DNA of 64,000 nucleotides from Octopus sinensis (GCF_006345805.1 NC_043000.1:72106001-72170000); one strand, 5' to 3'; counted from the stretch's first letter, positions 38,012-52,990 are shown. The notes: a model not told the origin generated them from the sequence alone. Program-made: numbers and translations.

Positions 38012-38738
38012 CATTATTATTGTTAGTCAACTTGATTGTGTCATTAACCGATCAGTGAAACAACCAGCTGGTTTGTCAGTATCCATTCATTGCTTTTCGA
38101 GTAAAGAGAATATGTCAGTCATGAGATGGTGAATCACGACGAAAGTACTCTGTCAGACCTACTGAATATTGAGTGATCGAACGATTAATGAAAGCAGTGA
38201 TTAATTAATCGATGAATTAGCTTACTAGTTGACGAATAATAAGAAAAAGAAACTTGTTTGACATTATCAAAATATCATTCCCTAGATACATGTTTTAACA
38301 CACGATTTCCTATTAAGAATTTTACATAATAAAAGCAAAGAACGATACCCCCCACACATATCTTGTTGTTCCTTCACCTGTCTTCATCTTTTGGTTTCTG
38401 TAAATTTGGACTATATATATATATATATAAGGTTGAAAAGGAACAAACGAGTTGATATGTATAAGGAAAATAAGACAAAGTAGAAAATGCTAAAATAATT
38501 TTATCATGAAGAAAATTTTAGTACCGCTTTCAGTCTTTGCGACTTTTTCAACTTAGATTAAAAAAAAATGAAAAGCAATTAAATTGTGGAAAAATTAAAA
38601 GAAATGTTTTTAAAAATATTTCCATAGTTTTCAAATGCAAGGGAGATTTTCCTTTTTCTGTCTGTCTCTGTCTCTCTTTTTTACTCATGAGAGTTCTAGG
38701 TAGTGGGCAGCAGGAGGTAGTAGCTTGATATGCGTGTT

Positions 38739-38936
38739 GCAGCACGGAATTTTGTCAGTGAATAGGTCGCGGTTTCAAAGCGACGAAAATGTTTTGACAA
38801 ATTATATTTAAATATTGAAGTGAATCTAACGTTTTTTGTGTTTTTAAATGGCTTATAAACACCTTTCACACTGTAATTGTTTTTATTTCAGCACACGATC
38901 TCAGATTAGGTCACTTGCTAAGCAAGTACATCTCCG

Positions 38937-38940
<4 letters not shown>
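38739..38940 (+). repeat. Dispersed ~200-bp repeat, copy B, hammerhead-like motif at 38751-38801
   Basis: TTTGTCA-GTGAATA-G-GTCGC-GGTTTCAAA-GCGAC-GAAA-A-TG-TTT-TGACAAA. Confidence 0.7.
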
Positions 38941-39006
<66 letters not shown>

Positions 39007-39087
39007 AGAGAGGAGAGAGAGAGAGAGAGAGAGAGAGTGTGTGTGTGTGTGAAAGAGGGATAGATACATATATTATATATATATATA

Positions 39088-39141
<54 letters not shown>

Positions 39142-39349
39142 GGATAGGTTAGCTGTCCATAAGTAAGATGAAAAGAATTCTCAAAAAAAAAAAAAGGAAA
39201 GAAATTGAGCGGTTATACTTTCATATTTTCGAGCAGTATATTCCTGGTTATGTTTTATGGGCGGTCTGAAAGTTACTGAGGCATATTTTTATTGTATGGT
39301 GTATCAGAGATTTATTCTTTCAATTTTATTGCTTGGAGTTTTTTACAAT

Positions 39350-40870
39350 TATTTCTTGAGCACTTTCAGGTTATTCTTCGCATTTTTGTTATTCTTTGTG
39401 CTTTCCTTGCATCTCTTTCGTACAGAATAGATAACCAATTGTTTCACTTGGCTCGAGACCCATACTGAGACTCCGGCAACGCTTTCCGAGATAACTAGGA
39501 GACATTTCAACAGTATGCTGGCGAAGGTTTTGCTTAGGACGAAGAAGTGGAATACGCCAAGGTAGTTCCTACAAACGTTGCGATTCCCTTTCTTAAAAAT
39601 TGTAACAAAGGCATTCATTAGATCTACAGGTACTATATGCTTCCCAAGTTTTCAGGTTGAAGTTCAATAACCTTTTTCTTATAGACTGGCTACCATTTCA
39701 GATGAATTCCACGATGTCATGACAGAATGACTGACATATCAAAACAACACATCAGAAGATTTCCCGATCATCAACGCTATAAAGCAGTGTATGTACTAGC
39801 CCAACCTCGTTCAGTGTGTACCTTACAACCTTGCTCTACGAAATTCCACTTCAAGGATGGAGTGCTGTTTCGACTCTTTATTTTGTACAGACATCGATCA
39901 CAAAAACTGATCTACAGCACTCGTGTCACTGCACTGTGGTACACCGACGACAATATCTCGCCAGCTTATTCACTTCAAGAAATTCAGGAATCGGTCAACA
40001 AAAATGCGTATGTACGTTTCGGTCTGACAATCAACATCCAGAAGACCAAAATACTTGCGCAACCTGCTCCACTGTCAATCATTCCAGATTTCAACATCAC
40101 TATTTCCGACACATCATAGAAGCAAGTAGCTCACTTCCTTACCAAGTTGTTCATGTTACATTCGGGAAACTCTTTCTGCATGTCTTCGGAAACGAGAATC
40201 TTAAATTACAAGTCAAGCTCATGGTGTATCAAGCCGTAGTTGTTTCCACTTTACCTGCGACATATGAGGGGTTGGGTTAGGGTTAGGGTTGTTAGAGGTG
40301 GAACGATTTCATTAACAAAAACTGCGATCAGTTATGAATATCAGATGAGATTACTATGTCAACTACTTTGCAGTCCTTGAACGGATCAAAGCTAACAATA
40401 CCGAGGTCATTATCATTAATCCTTACCTCAAACGTGGAGGTCATATCCACACATGAATAGCGACAGAATGCTACGTGAAATCCTTTACCGCAAACTTAGC
40501 ATCGGCAAGAGATTATGAAGCAGATCCAAGAAACGCTATAAAGACGAACAAAAATGACAATAAGGAGCATCAACATCTTCCCTAAATCCTAGTAGTAATA
40601 CGCAGACGACTGAACCAGGTAAAGTCACATCATCAAGAGATGCACAGAACATTTTGGAGAACATTGTCAAAGAAATGAAGAAGATAAACGGCTATGACGA
40701 AAATCTTGCCAACCCCAACTAAGGCCTCCAGCAACCAAAATATTTTACCTCTACGAACAAAAATCGGTCTTGTCAGTTTCAGTTATCAAAGACACCGCCA
40801 TAAATACAAAAGCAGATACGAAGGAGGAAATACCCAGAAGCAAAGAGGAACCCAAGACGACGACGATACT
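39350..40870 (+). mobile_element. RTE LINE remnant with inverted 5' segment
   Basis: 39350-39620 encodes VTIFKKGNR...CRNYLGV...FASILL on -. 39630-40870 continues on + (KQ..VLA, LYTDD, GLTINIQKTKIL, C-terminal RTKIGLVS). Confidence 0.7.
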
Positions 40871-41032
40871 ATGAGCTAGAAAATGAGAAAAATATGCATG
40901 TGCCTGAATATGTGCATGAGTATATGCTTGCATGCATGTAATTTGTGTGCGTGCTTGTGTGTATGCTTTTATACGTCTGTATGTACATATATCTGCATGT
41001 ATATATAAATATGCACATGTGCACATATGTAG

Positions 41033-41592
41033 GGTGTAAGAATAAAATTACCGGTATTTTGTTTCTTTTGGCCACATTTTCGAGCATTTCAAAAAACGAA
41101 TTTCGAAAGCAGTTAAACGTTGTTGAAAATATCGTTCGTAGTCCGTAGCTATATTTCTACTTAAACACAAATATAAACCTGTTTGCTGTGATAGTAACAA
41201 CAAAACGGAACTTATTAGAGAGATTGCAAGCATCCAACATATAGGTAGTGGTACTAGAACTGGTAATGCAAGGTATGATTTTTGGAATCAAATGTAGACT
41301 ACATCAAGACTTAAAGTCGACCGTGTTGTTGTTGCGCTTACTGATGGTCTCTCGAGTAATGATGAAATAATGAAGAAGGAAGCAAAGTCTCTAAAAAATT
41401 CCGGAGTGAAAATATTTATAGTTGATGTCAGTCCTGCTCTTAAAAGTGAAATGTTACAAGATATTTCGAGTGAACCATACGAAGAATTTGCCCACAGCTT
41501 CGAAAGTTTTGACGTTCTCCTTACTAAATATGGACTCTTTACTTATAAGACTTGTAGAAGAGTTCAAGAAGAAACGACTTTTACAAAACAAG
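41033..41592 (+). pseudogene. Decayed paralog of the VWA exon 18457-19053
   Basis: GCKNKITGILFLLATFSSI vs ECKNKVADIWFLLDSSSSI; GTRTGNA; LTDGLSS; FAHSFESFDVLL vs FVHNFESFDVLL. In-frame stops and deletions. Donor CAAG|GTAAAG is retained. Confidence 0.85.
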
Positions 41593-41691
41593 GTAAAGTT
41601 TTTTTGTTATTTGCTAAAAAGTAACTCATTCTTCTTTTGTGCAAACTATTTTATAACTATTGTTGATGAGGAGATATTTATGAATGCTGAT

Positions 41692-41884
41692 GCAGCACGG
41701 ATTTTTGTCAGTGAAGCGGTCTTAAAGCGACGAAAATATTTTGACAAATTAAACTTAAATGTTGAAGTGAATCGAACGGCTTTTGTGTGTTTCTTAAATG
41801 GCTTACAAACACCTTCCACGCTGCAATTGTTTTCGTTTCAGCACACGATCTCAGATCAAATCACTTGCTATGCAAGTACATCTC
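41692..41884 (+). repeat. Dispersed ~200-bp repeat, copy C (deletion in hammerhead core/stem II)
   Basis: TTTGTCAGTGAA-[deletion]-GCGGTCTTAAAGCGACGAAAATATTTTGACAAA plus the shared tail. Confidence 0.7.
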
Positions 41885-42198
41885 AGCTATAAATGTTGTT
41901 TCTGTGGAAACTAAGTGGAAAAGATCGGCTATACCACCTTTCTCAATAAAATTAGCTTTGTCTCTTGTAACTAGCATTTCCAATAACTGTTTTATGATCT
42001 TTGTGTAATTATTAATTCAAAAGGTAGTTTTTAAAATTAATTATACACTTAAAAGTTCAGCATTCTCCCCAATAATTGCTTTGTCTTTGATTTCCATTTT
42101 CTTCTTCATTTTTGCATTATTGATTCATTCCTTCTATCATGTTATTTCATTCTTATTAATCTCAGATAAACAAGTACATTAAAATGTTCCATTAGAAT

Positions 42199-42300
42199 AG
42201 GCGTATGCGTGGTTGTATGGTAAGAAGTTTGCTTCCCAGCCACAGAGTTCCGTGTTCAGTTCCACTGCATCGTACATTGGCCTTGTAACTGAAGCCCGTC
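42199..42300 (+). mobile_element. SINE 5' head fragment
   Basis: AGGCGTATGCGTGGTTGTATGGTAAGAAG...GTTCAGTTCCACTGC is homologous to the SINE head. Confidence 0.7.
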
Positions 42301-42454
42301 CTATGTATGTATGTATGTATGTATGTATGTATGTATGTATGTATGTATGTATGTATGTATGTATGTATGTATGTATGTATGTATGTATGTATGTATGTAT
42401 GTATGTATGTATGTATGATGTATGTATGTGTATGTATGTATGTATGTATGTATG

Positions 42455-42486
<32 letters not shown>

Positions 42487-42616
42487 TGTATGTATGTATG
42501 TATGTATGTATGTATGTATGTATGTATGTATGTATGTATGTATGTATGATGTATGTATGTATGTATGATGTATGTATGTATGTATGTATGTATGTATGTA
42601 TGTATGTATGTATGTA

Positions 42617-43303
42617 TGTGCAACTCGAGATTTCTCAAAAGTGGCTGTCCCCTCATGCACAATCCTTCTCCACCTGCTACGATCAATAGCTATGCCTTCC
42701 CATGTGTCAGGAGAGACGCAAGCATCTCGTAAGGAAGCCTTCAGCAAGTCCTTACACCTCTTTTTTGGTTTATGTGGAGGTCGTTCTCCTTTAGCTAACT
42801 CTCCATAAAAGAGTTGTTTTGGCATCCTTGAATCCTTCATCCTGACGAGATGACCACTCCATCTGAGCCTTTGCTTTAACACAAGAGCTTCTATACTTTC
42901 ACACCGAGAGCCTTCCAATATTTGATGCTGACATGCAATGTCTGTGCAAGACCCTGCCTCAGTAAAGCTGGACTCAAGTGTCATCTTCGTAGTCATAAAA
43001 CGAGACAGATGAGTGACAACCTGGCCACTGGTGGTGGTGTAACACACCATACTAATCATATCTGTCGGGCATGTGGAAGAGAGTGTAATTCGGCAGGAGG
43101 ACTTAAACGACATGCAAAGGTACATGAAGCCCAGTTACAACTACAGCCGGCTATTACCAGTAAAGGTTTTAGTTGCCAATTCTGTACAAGGCATTGTAGA
43201 TCTTTAGCTGGGCTAAAAAGTCACATTCGATCACAGCACCAGTAACAGTTAAGCTTCGTGCAATGGCCATAGTCGATAACGAGGGGGCCGCCATAATAAT
43301 AAC
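42617..43303 (+). mobile_element. RTE LINE 3' end with 5' inversion, inserted in (TATG)n
   Basis: 42620-42925 encodes RLRWSGHLVRMKDSRMPKQLFYGEL...W...DRSRWR on -. 42925-43245 encodes three C2H2 fingers on +, followed by a 3' UTR and an ATAATAATAAC tail. Confidence 0.85.
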
Positions 43304-43323
43304 GTATGTATGTATGTATGTAT

Positions 43324-43738
43324 ACTCTTTACTCTCTCTTTTACTCTTTTACTTGTTTCAGTCATTTGACTGCGGCCATGCTGGAGCACCGCCTTTAATC
43401 GAGCAAATCGACCCCGGGACTTATTCTTTGTAAGCCCAGTACTTATTCTATCGGTCTCTTTTGCCGAACCGCTTAGTGATGGGGACATAAACATACTAGC
43501 ATCGGTTGTCAAGCAATGCTAGGGGAACAAATACAGACACACAAACATACACGCACACACACATATATATATATATACATATGTACGACGGGCTTCTTTC
43601 AGTTTCCGTCTACCAAATCCAGTCACAAGGCTTTGGTCGGCCCGAGGCTATAGTAGAAGACACTTGCCCAAGGTGCCACGCAGTGGGATTGAACCCGGAA
43701 CCATGTGGTTGGTAAGCAAGCTACTTACCACACAGCCA
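43324..43738 (-). mobile_element. tRNA-derived SINE, near full length
   Basis: Colinear with 10621-11033. Confidence 0.85.
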
Positions 43739-43800
43739 GTATGTATGTATGTATGTATGTATGTATGTATGTATGTATGTATGTATGTATGTATCATCCC

Positions 43801-43947
43801 TCACCGCTTGACAACCGGTGTTGGTTTGTTTTCTTCCCTGTAACTTAGCAGATCGGAAATAAAAACCGATAGAATAGGTATCGGACTTTAGTAGTGTGTC
43901 CCCAGCATAGCTGCAGTTCAATGACTGAAACAAGTAAAAAATAAAGG
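43801..43947 (+). mobile_element. SINE 3' fragment
   Basis: CACCGCTTGACAACCGGTGTTGG...ATGACTGAAACAAGTAAAA. Confidence 0.7.
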
Positions 43948-44036
43948 ACTACTTATCCAATCAAATTCTAGTAAGATTATAGTAAATAAATCTACCGACC
44001 GTCTTACTGTATTATTGCATTTTTTATTGTTTCCAG

Positions 44037-44555
44037 GCTGTAGAGATGCTTCTTCGGCAGACATGTTATTCACAACTCGGATATAATAAAACTAAAACAA
44101 TACTGGACGGTGTGGAAGAAAGTTTTAAAGAATTTAACACTCGTCACAATATAAACTTTGGGATCTTATTAAAGGATTGTTTTCAAAGTTTGGATATTTC
44201 GGTGGGATCAATTAAGGACAGTGAAGAATTCATAAAGAAAACCAAGGCCTCGGTTCGCTACTAAGTCAAATAAGTTTAGATAAATTTATATCGAACAGTC
44301 ATAGATTTCCTCAAAAATTTGTGAAGTAACCTGAATAACCAATAGCTTCAACCAGAAATTAAAAGCCTTTCCAATGAAAACATCGATGTAGTTGCAGTAC
44401 TCATTGAAAGAACTGTAGATACAAATGCTTTAACTTCCTAAGCAATTACCCCCAAATACATACTGAGCATTCTCTCTTACAAAACATCTTCTTCGTCGTT
44501 AGCAGAATTATTTTATAACAAAGGTTACTGAAAACCTCTCACAGTCAAAATCAAT
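44037..44555 (+). pseudogene. Decayed paralog of the terminal degenerate-VWA exon 22837-23411
   Basis: Acceptor TTGTTTCCAG. GCRDASSADMLF/QLGYNKTKTILDGV...NFGILLKDCFQSLDISVG aligns with ACQRTIPTDVMF...QFGSHRTQIIFEGI...RFGTVFEDCLPNQDVRVG. Frameshifts and stops. Confidence 0.75.
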
Positions 44556-45736
44556 TCGTCTTAGTGTATGAAACAATTTCTTTGCTCACATATTTAAAAC
44601 GAAAATGTTGACTACTAATTGCTTTGTGGCAGCTTTCGACAATGAAAGAGAAGTGAAAATGTAAAGCGCACGTATTTTCTGATAATGATAAATCAATTCA
44701 TATTTATTCTAAATACTTACTTTTATTTCATTCTACTTTTCGTACAATAGTTGTCAGTCATAATTTTTCATGATGGAAATTAGAAAGTAAAACAAAATGC
44801 ATTTTAAAGGGAAAAAACTCTAAATTTCTACCGTAAAATTATTTCCCATTAAGTCTCCTGTCAGTTTTGAAAATCCATTAGAGGACTTTTTTCCATGCAT
44901 GTACTATAACCGATTTCAAGAACCCTTGATTTCAAAACCTTTTCAGAGTATCAGGTTCTCTGGGCCAAAATTTCACAATATATTCTGGACCAATTAAATA
45001 TATATATCTACTATTCCGCTAGTACACTTTGCATAGCTAAACGATTAAACAAAATATTGCATGATTAAATGAAAAAATGCATACAAGTTTTTTCAAACAG
45101 TCTGTACCAATGAAACAGAATTTTTAATTAAACGCTATCTGAATCATTTAATGAAATAAACTAAATGTTAGTCACGAAGGTCTCGAAGCGGAGAACTTTA
45201 AGTATTACTACCTGTTTCTAGATAACATTTTCTTCATGGAAGGTTCAGAATTTCCAAATATAGGCTTAGTACTTCGACACATATTCTAATAAACACGTTA
45301 TACGAGCAAAACTGCTTCAGATGCTTCCCTGCATAATTTTTACATGTAGCAAATGAAAATTGATTATCCTTTGACGTGCTGAAACAATCGTCCAATCGGA
45401 AAAATGCTTTGTGCAATATCATTTGTACAATATTATTTGTTCCGGTGCTTTACATTCTGAGTTCAAACATCGCCGATGTCAACTTTGTCTTTCATCTATT
45501 CGTGGACGATAAAACAAAGTACCTGTTATATATTGTGATCAAACAAATAAAAAATAAAGAATAAAAAGCAACTTAATTTGAGAATTCAGAAAATCGTCTG
45601 GTATTCTAGTAACTATCTTATTACGTAACTAATTAATTAATTTATTTCATTTGTAAATGATTTAAGCACTTCTGGCCAGGATCTCATATGCTATATCGTG
45701 CACTTTTATTTTATACACACACGCGCGCGCGCATGC

Positions 45737-45837
<101 letters not shown>

Positions 45838-45998
45838 AAGTTTGGGAGATGGGCGTACAGTGTCCTCCATATATACCTCGTTATAATAGAGAGGCCTTAT
45901 TGAAGATCTCTCTGGCCGCCAAGAGTTCAGTTTCCACTACTTATGTCTGTGACTAGGTTTTTTTTTTTTATTGTAGCTAGGGAGTGGTTGCAATTTTT

Positions 45999-46064
45999 CT
46001 GGATTAATGCAGTTTCCACGTTGGACTTCTTGTAAGACTAATACTTGCTTGTCTTCAGGTCTAG
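45999..46064 (-). ncRNA. Decayed hammerhead-like motif
   Basis: Minus strand: CTAGAC-CTGAAGA-CAAG...CGTG-GAAA-C-TGCA-TTA-ATCCAG. Cores are intact but every stem has mismatches. Confidence 0.35.
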
Positions 46065-47077
46065 GTTATGTCCATGCTGGCAATCCAACTTACTAACACC
46101 AAATTTTAATCTAACACCACCAAACCTAGTTATTCCATGGGAAAGGCTGACGCCGCTATAGTATTACTTCTGCATACCCATACTGCAGTCTTCAGACATA
46201 CTAACGACAGCTACATACCAACATCCTTCTCGACCATGTCAACCGAAGAACAAAGAAAATTACTGATGTCACGTCAGACAAATAACACCACCTATCATCT
46301 GGAAGCCATCTTGTATTTGTCCCATGATGTCTGGCCAGCTAGATTCGTTCTACGAGCCAATGAAACTTTAAGTTGCGTGGAGCTGGGTCTAACTGTTGAG
46401 AGCCACTTTTTTTCGTTTGTCCACTCATTCATATACATACACACACATACATACACACACATACATACACAGACATACATACATACAGAAATACACACAT
46501 ATGTGCATACATACATACATACATGCATACATACATACATACATACATACATACATACATACATACATACATACATACATACATACATACACAATTAAGC
46601 ACATAAATGCAAAACAAGGTGGAAAAATAGTACTCAAATACCAAAGGTAGAATAATATACTATTTATTTAAGCCGGAAAAAAATCTTCAAAGCTGTTACG
46701 TAAAGTTTCACGTTACCGTTCGTCGGACAGTTGCGATGATACTAAATAAAAAAAAAATGCGTGGGTACTTGTAATATGATATAGTATAGTATAATGCAAT
46801 AATAATATAATAGAATGTAGCCCTAATTACGAATAAGCAACTTAATTTGATTGGACGACTGATTTCAAACCATAGTGGTGTGGATAGTCTGTCATCGACA
46901 AAAAAAAAAAAAAATGTTTGTGTAAAAGCGAAGAAAATAAACAGAATATACACAGAAAATAGCAACTGTAAATAATTAAAAGAAATAATAGGATTTCGAA
47001 ATGGAGCATTTAAAAGTTAAGATTACAATAAAAGATAAAAATAAAGGTATAAATGAGAGAATAAATAAGTAGACATG

Positions 47078-47190
<113 letters not shown>

Positions 47191-47715
47191 GTGTGTGTAT
47201 GTGTGTGTGTGTGTGGTGTGTGTGTGTGTGTGTGTGTGTGTGTGCATGTGTGTTTGTTTGCAAGTATATAATTATAATTATATGCGCTGGAACGCCAGCG
47301 CCTATACGCTAAAAGTAAATGTCAAATAACTACAATCAACTCTAAATTTGTTTTCTACTTATAACCCCAGGTCGAATGCGAGATAATGAGCAAGAAGATG
47401 TACAAAAAATTTCGGATAATCATTACGCTGAGAACTATATAAGCGAAAAATTTATTTACATACTGATAAATCTATTCGTACAGATACCAATATATACATG
47501 CATTTCCCGCATATGCATTCTATCTACTATCCCATCTCGACCATGTGGTTAATATCAGAAATCATACAGTTTGGATATAGTACCGCAGCATAATATAATT
47601 AAGCTTGGCCTGTTAGGCCGAGAAGCATTACCACAGCATAATATAATGACTAGAGAACTCAAAAATTAGTGACATTTGCAATTGGAAAGAGGTTTCGTCA
47701 CTAGCTTGTGGTTGT

Positions 47716-47759
47716 CTCACACTGAGGACGGATAACATTCAGAAACCTAGGTCTATGAG
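47716..47759 (+). ncRNA. Minimal type I hammerhead ribozyme-like motif
   Basis: CTCACA-CTGAGGA-CGGAT-AAC-ATTCA-GAAA-C-CTAG-GTC-TATGAG. Palindrome ACCTAGGT, GUC triplet, C.A at the base of stem II. Confidence 0.7.
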
Positions 47760-47941
47760 TATTACGTAAGGCTAGAGATGTGAGCGATGACCTCCCTTGC
47801 AAATGCTATACGAACACAAATTGTGTGTCGATAGCCAGCTGGAAAATATGTTTTCCTGTGGCTAAAACAACAGTAACAACGTTCTTTATAGGACTGGAAC
47901 ATTCTGTTGGTATATAAACATTACTATATATATGTATATAT

Positions 47942-48036
<95 letters not shown>

Positions 48037-48280
48037 GAAACACTCCTGTCACAACCTGGGACCTTGAAGACTGCTTTAATGCAAGACAGTATACTAGTCC
48101 CTTAATATTTTATATTCAATATTTCATCTATTCAATACGACAATCAATACTTCATTTCATTTTACTATATATATTATTTATACTATATATTCTATATTCT
48201 ACATTAATATTATAAAGAATATAAATAAAACATAAAAAACAGAGTTGGAATTTCTTTGAATAATATATATACATATATAA

Positions 48281-48750
48281 ATAATCAGAAAATGGAGAAA
48301 ATCTCTGATTAACAAACATCGATTGGACCTCTTTAATAGCTTGTTTTTTAATACAAAGCATGACATAACAAAATAGGTGACGCAACATACCTTACGGCGT
48401 TTGCGATCGGTTACCAATGCTGTCAATAAATAGATGCGAGAATAAAGTTCTTTAACTTCATAGGGTATTCGAATTAAGGCAGCGGAGTTCATCAGAGGGA
48501 AGGAGGAAAGGGATGGAAAACATGGCCAACACAAAAAGTCTAGAAGCCCAAGATGTTAAAAGTATATAATTTACCACGAAGGGGGTGCTTATTTAAATTT
48601 GTTTCTTGATAAACTTTTATTTATTCTGTTGTTACTTGTACCCTATGAGCATAGCGTGCTTGCATACCCAAGCCCAGGGATAGCGTAGGTAAATAATACC
48701 GATAGTATTATCCTTTAGACAGTTACTCTAACCGCTAACTCTGCTTACCT

Positions 48751-48795
<45 letters not shown>

Positions 48796-49027
48796 TCATT
48801 TGACTGCGGCCATGTTGGAGCTCGGCCTTTAGTCGAACAAATCGGCCCCAGAACTTATTCTTTGTAAGCTTACTACTTATTCTATCGCTCTCTTTTGCCG
48901 AACCAATAAGTTATGGGGACGTAAACACACCTATTTTGTTATGACATGCTTTATATTAAAAAGTAAGCTATAAATGTGGTACAATCGATGTCTTTATTAA
49001 TCTGAGGTTTCTCCATTTTCTAATTAT
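48281..49027. repeat. Older inverted repeat pair (~100-bp arms: 48281-48378 and 48929-49027)
   Basis: Clearly diverged reverse-complement match flanking about 550 bp that includes a SINE tail fragment (48794-48931). Confidence 0.6.
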
Positions 49028-49185
49028 TTGCATTGATTCCTGATAAGTTCTTGTTTATCATGTTGTTATGTACACACCAATGCCCGAGGTAACGGATACC
49101 TATAGTATATTCCGATATTTTATCCCTTAGTCGGTTATTATAACCGCTAATTCTGTTAAGAAAAAGATAAAAGATATAAGATATA

Positions 49186-49224
<39 letters not shown>

Positions 49225-49327
49225 CAACTAATAAGGGTGAGAAAATTGGATACTAATTTAATAGTACATCTATTTAACACCAGGTGGCTTAGTGCATAAA
49301 AACCTGGATTTCGATAAATTTTATACA

Positions 49328-50404
<1,077 letters not shown>

Positions 50405-50458
50405 ACACATATGAATATGTTCATATATATATATATAACATGTATGTGTAGATGTACA

Positions 50459-50498
<40 letters not shown>

Positions 50499-51108
50499 GT
50501 ATTGATACAATGGAAGCAATGGTCCCATGCATAACCATTTTGATATAACATATAAAAGTGAGTGCAAATTTAACGGCGTAGCCACTTATAGTTTTAAAGT
50601 GATTTGTCATTGCAGGTAGGCTAATCCCCCTTTCATCTGTGTTATGTTTAAAGATGAAAAGGGTTAAGGTCGAATTCTCCTTAAAATTCGTCTATCTGTG
50701 TATGTATGTATGTATGTATGTATGTATGTATGTACGTGAAAATACACACACACACACACACGCACAAACACATATATTTACATACATATATGTATGCACA
50801 CGCACATACATGTACGTGCCCTGAATGTGTCTATGATACTTGTAAACATTCCACAGAATTGTAGAACAAGATGAATCAATAGAAATATGACAAAGATACA
50901 TTGTAGCTGAAAATCGCTTTTGTTTGCACAGAATTGTCAAAGTATTACCATGTCAATGCCGAAATCTAAATTAGCATACAATATACTTCTTGAACAATTT
51001 AGTCGTTTATAATCCGCCTCTTACAATCTTACATGTCATGATGTTTTCTACGTCGCACTCTCTTTCTCTACTTCTTTGATTGCCTGTTTGTTTGCTTCTT
51101 TCTTTCCT

Positions 51109-51175
<67 letters not shown>

Positions 51176-51679
51176 CTCTCTCTCTCTCTCCCCCTCTCTA
51201 TTTATCTCACTCGTTGTAATTAGGGCTACATTCTATCATATTATATTACATTATACTATATTATCTCACTCTCTTTCCCATCTCTCATTCTCGTTTCCCT
51301 TTATTGAATGACTATATTTCAGTTATTTCTGTCAATGTAGTTTTATTTTATTTTAAAACGGTTTACTTTCACTATATAAATCATGTTCAATTTTAAATGC
51401 TACTCTTCATGTTTGTAATTGCATGTAAAGCATGCATGTTTAAATTGTCTGTTTGGGCTATTCACTGCTTTATACAAATTGCTGGTTTAATGTAAATTTC
51501 TCAATTTGGAAGTTGGCTACAGTTTCCCTTAGTTTCCCTTTCGCCATCTTTGTACATAGACGAGCTACTACATTGGTATATACATACATACATACATACA
51601 TACATACATACATACATACTACATACATACATACATACATACATACATACACACATCTCCTATATCTGACGAGGAATGT

Positions 51680-52990
51680 TACAGGTATCTAGGGGTGGAT
51701 GAAAACATATCTTACAATGGCATTTGTAACAAAACCCGCATCACTAAAGAGTATTATAGCCGAATAAAAAAAAAATGGACCTCAGAACTTTCTGCAGTGA
51801 ATAAAACAGTGGCCCACAATGCGTTTGCTATGCCAGTACTCATACCGACATTTGGGCTGCTTGATTGGGCGCTTGATGAAATCTGAGCCATTGGTATGGA
51901 AACTCGAAAGATTTTAACAAGCACACAGAATTTCTACATAAACAGTGATGTAGACTGCCTCTACATAAAACGAAAACAAGGCGGCAGGGGCTTGACATCG
52001 ATCCAAAATGCCTTTGAATGTCGTATCATATCCTTTCGGCAACATCTTTTAACCAGCAAGTGTCGAAGTGCATCCCTTGACCAACTTTGTAAACATGAAG
52101 TTGATAACATCATCAGACTTGGAAGGCAGCAACTTGAGCCACATTCTTTGACTGATAACCTAGAATAGTGCTCAAAGAAGTTACACGACTCTACCGCAAC
52201 GTATCATCACATGAAAGGATGAGTCTATATGAGCAGAAGACTATGCAGCCCAAATGTCGGTATGAGTTAGTAGAAAGCACCGTGATGATAGTACCATCGA
52301 TCATCAAAGCAGTTTATCATGGACCAATAGCCGGATTACTACGTCCCACTTTGAAAGATATGCGTTTGCAATCCAGGGACAGGAAGTATCAACGAAGTAC
52401 CTGATGCACAAAAGGGACAGAGATGTAAGGAAAAGCAATAAAATGTGGCAACCAATGCAAACTTTGTGGAGTTAACACCGAAGATATCATCCACTTTATA
52501 TGCAGTAGTCCAAAAATATCACCACGGTGAGACATGATGTTATAACTAGGACAGACAACTCCGAGGACAAAGAAATGTGAGCCCACAGTACGGTACAAGC
52601 CATAGCCACTCATAATAAAATGGAATACTGCTGGAATGTTTCAGTGAAAACCTCAATAAAATGTGAGCACAACAGACCTGATATAATGATTTAGGACAGA
52701 GAAGAGAAACTGTTGTGGAAATTAGCTGCTCAGCGGATGTTAACAAAGCTGAAGATCAGTGAAAAAGGGAATTCCTACGCTGAACTATTACTCTAACCAG
52801 ATTACAAGTTCAGGTTTATACCTGTAATTATTGGGGCCTTGGGATATGTAACACACTGCCTAAATACCTATCTTGAGAAATTGGGCTTCTCAAAACAAGA
52901 AAAGAGAAAGCTAATTCGAAGGCTACAAATCTAAACCATCACTGGAACTGTAAAAATCTGTAAAACTTTCCAGAAGTTTATCATTTAAAT
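51680..52990 (+). mobile_element. R4/Dong-like LINE fragment (RT C-terminus plus RLE)
   Basis: ELSAVNKTVAHNAFAMPVLI, SDVDCLYIKRKQGGRGL, CKLCGVNTEDIIH, PVIIGALG. Many stops. Confidence 0.75.

Noticed and set aside
38112-38156. Hammerhead-like arrangement with AGTACT palindrome
   Set aside because: The core (GTCATGA) and two stems are too degenerate to distinguish from chance.
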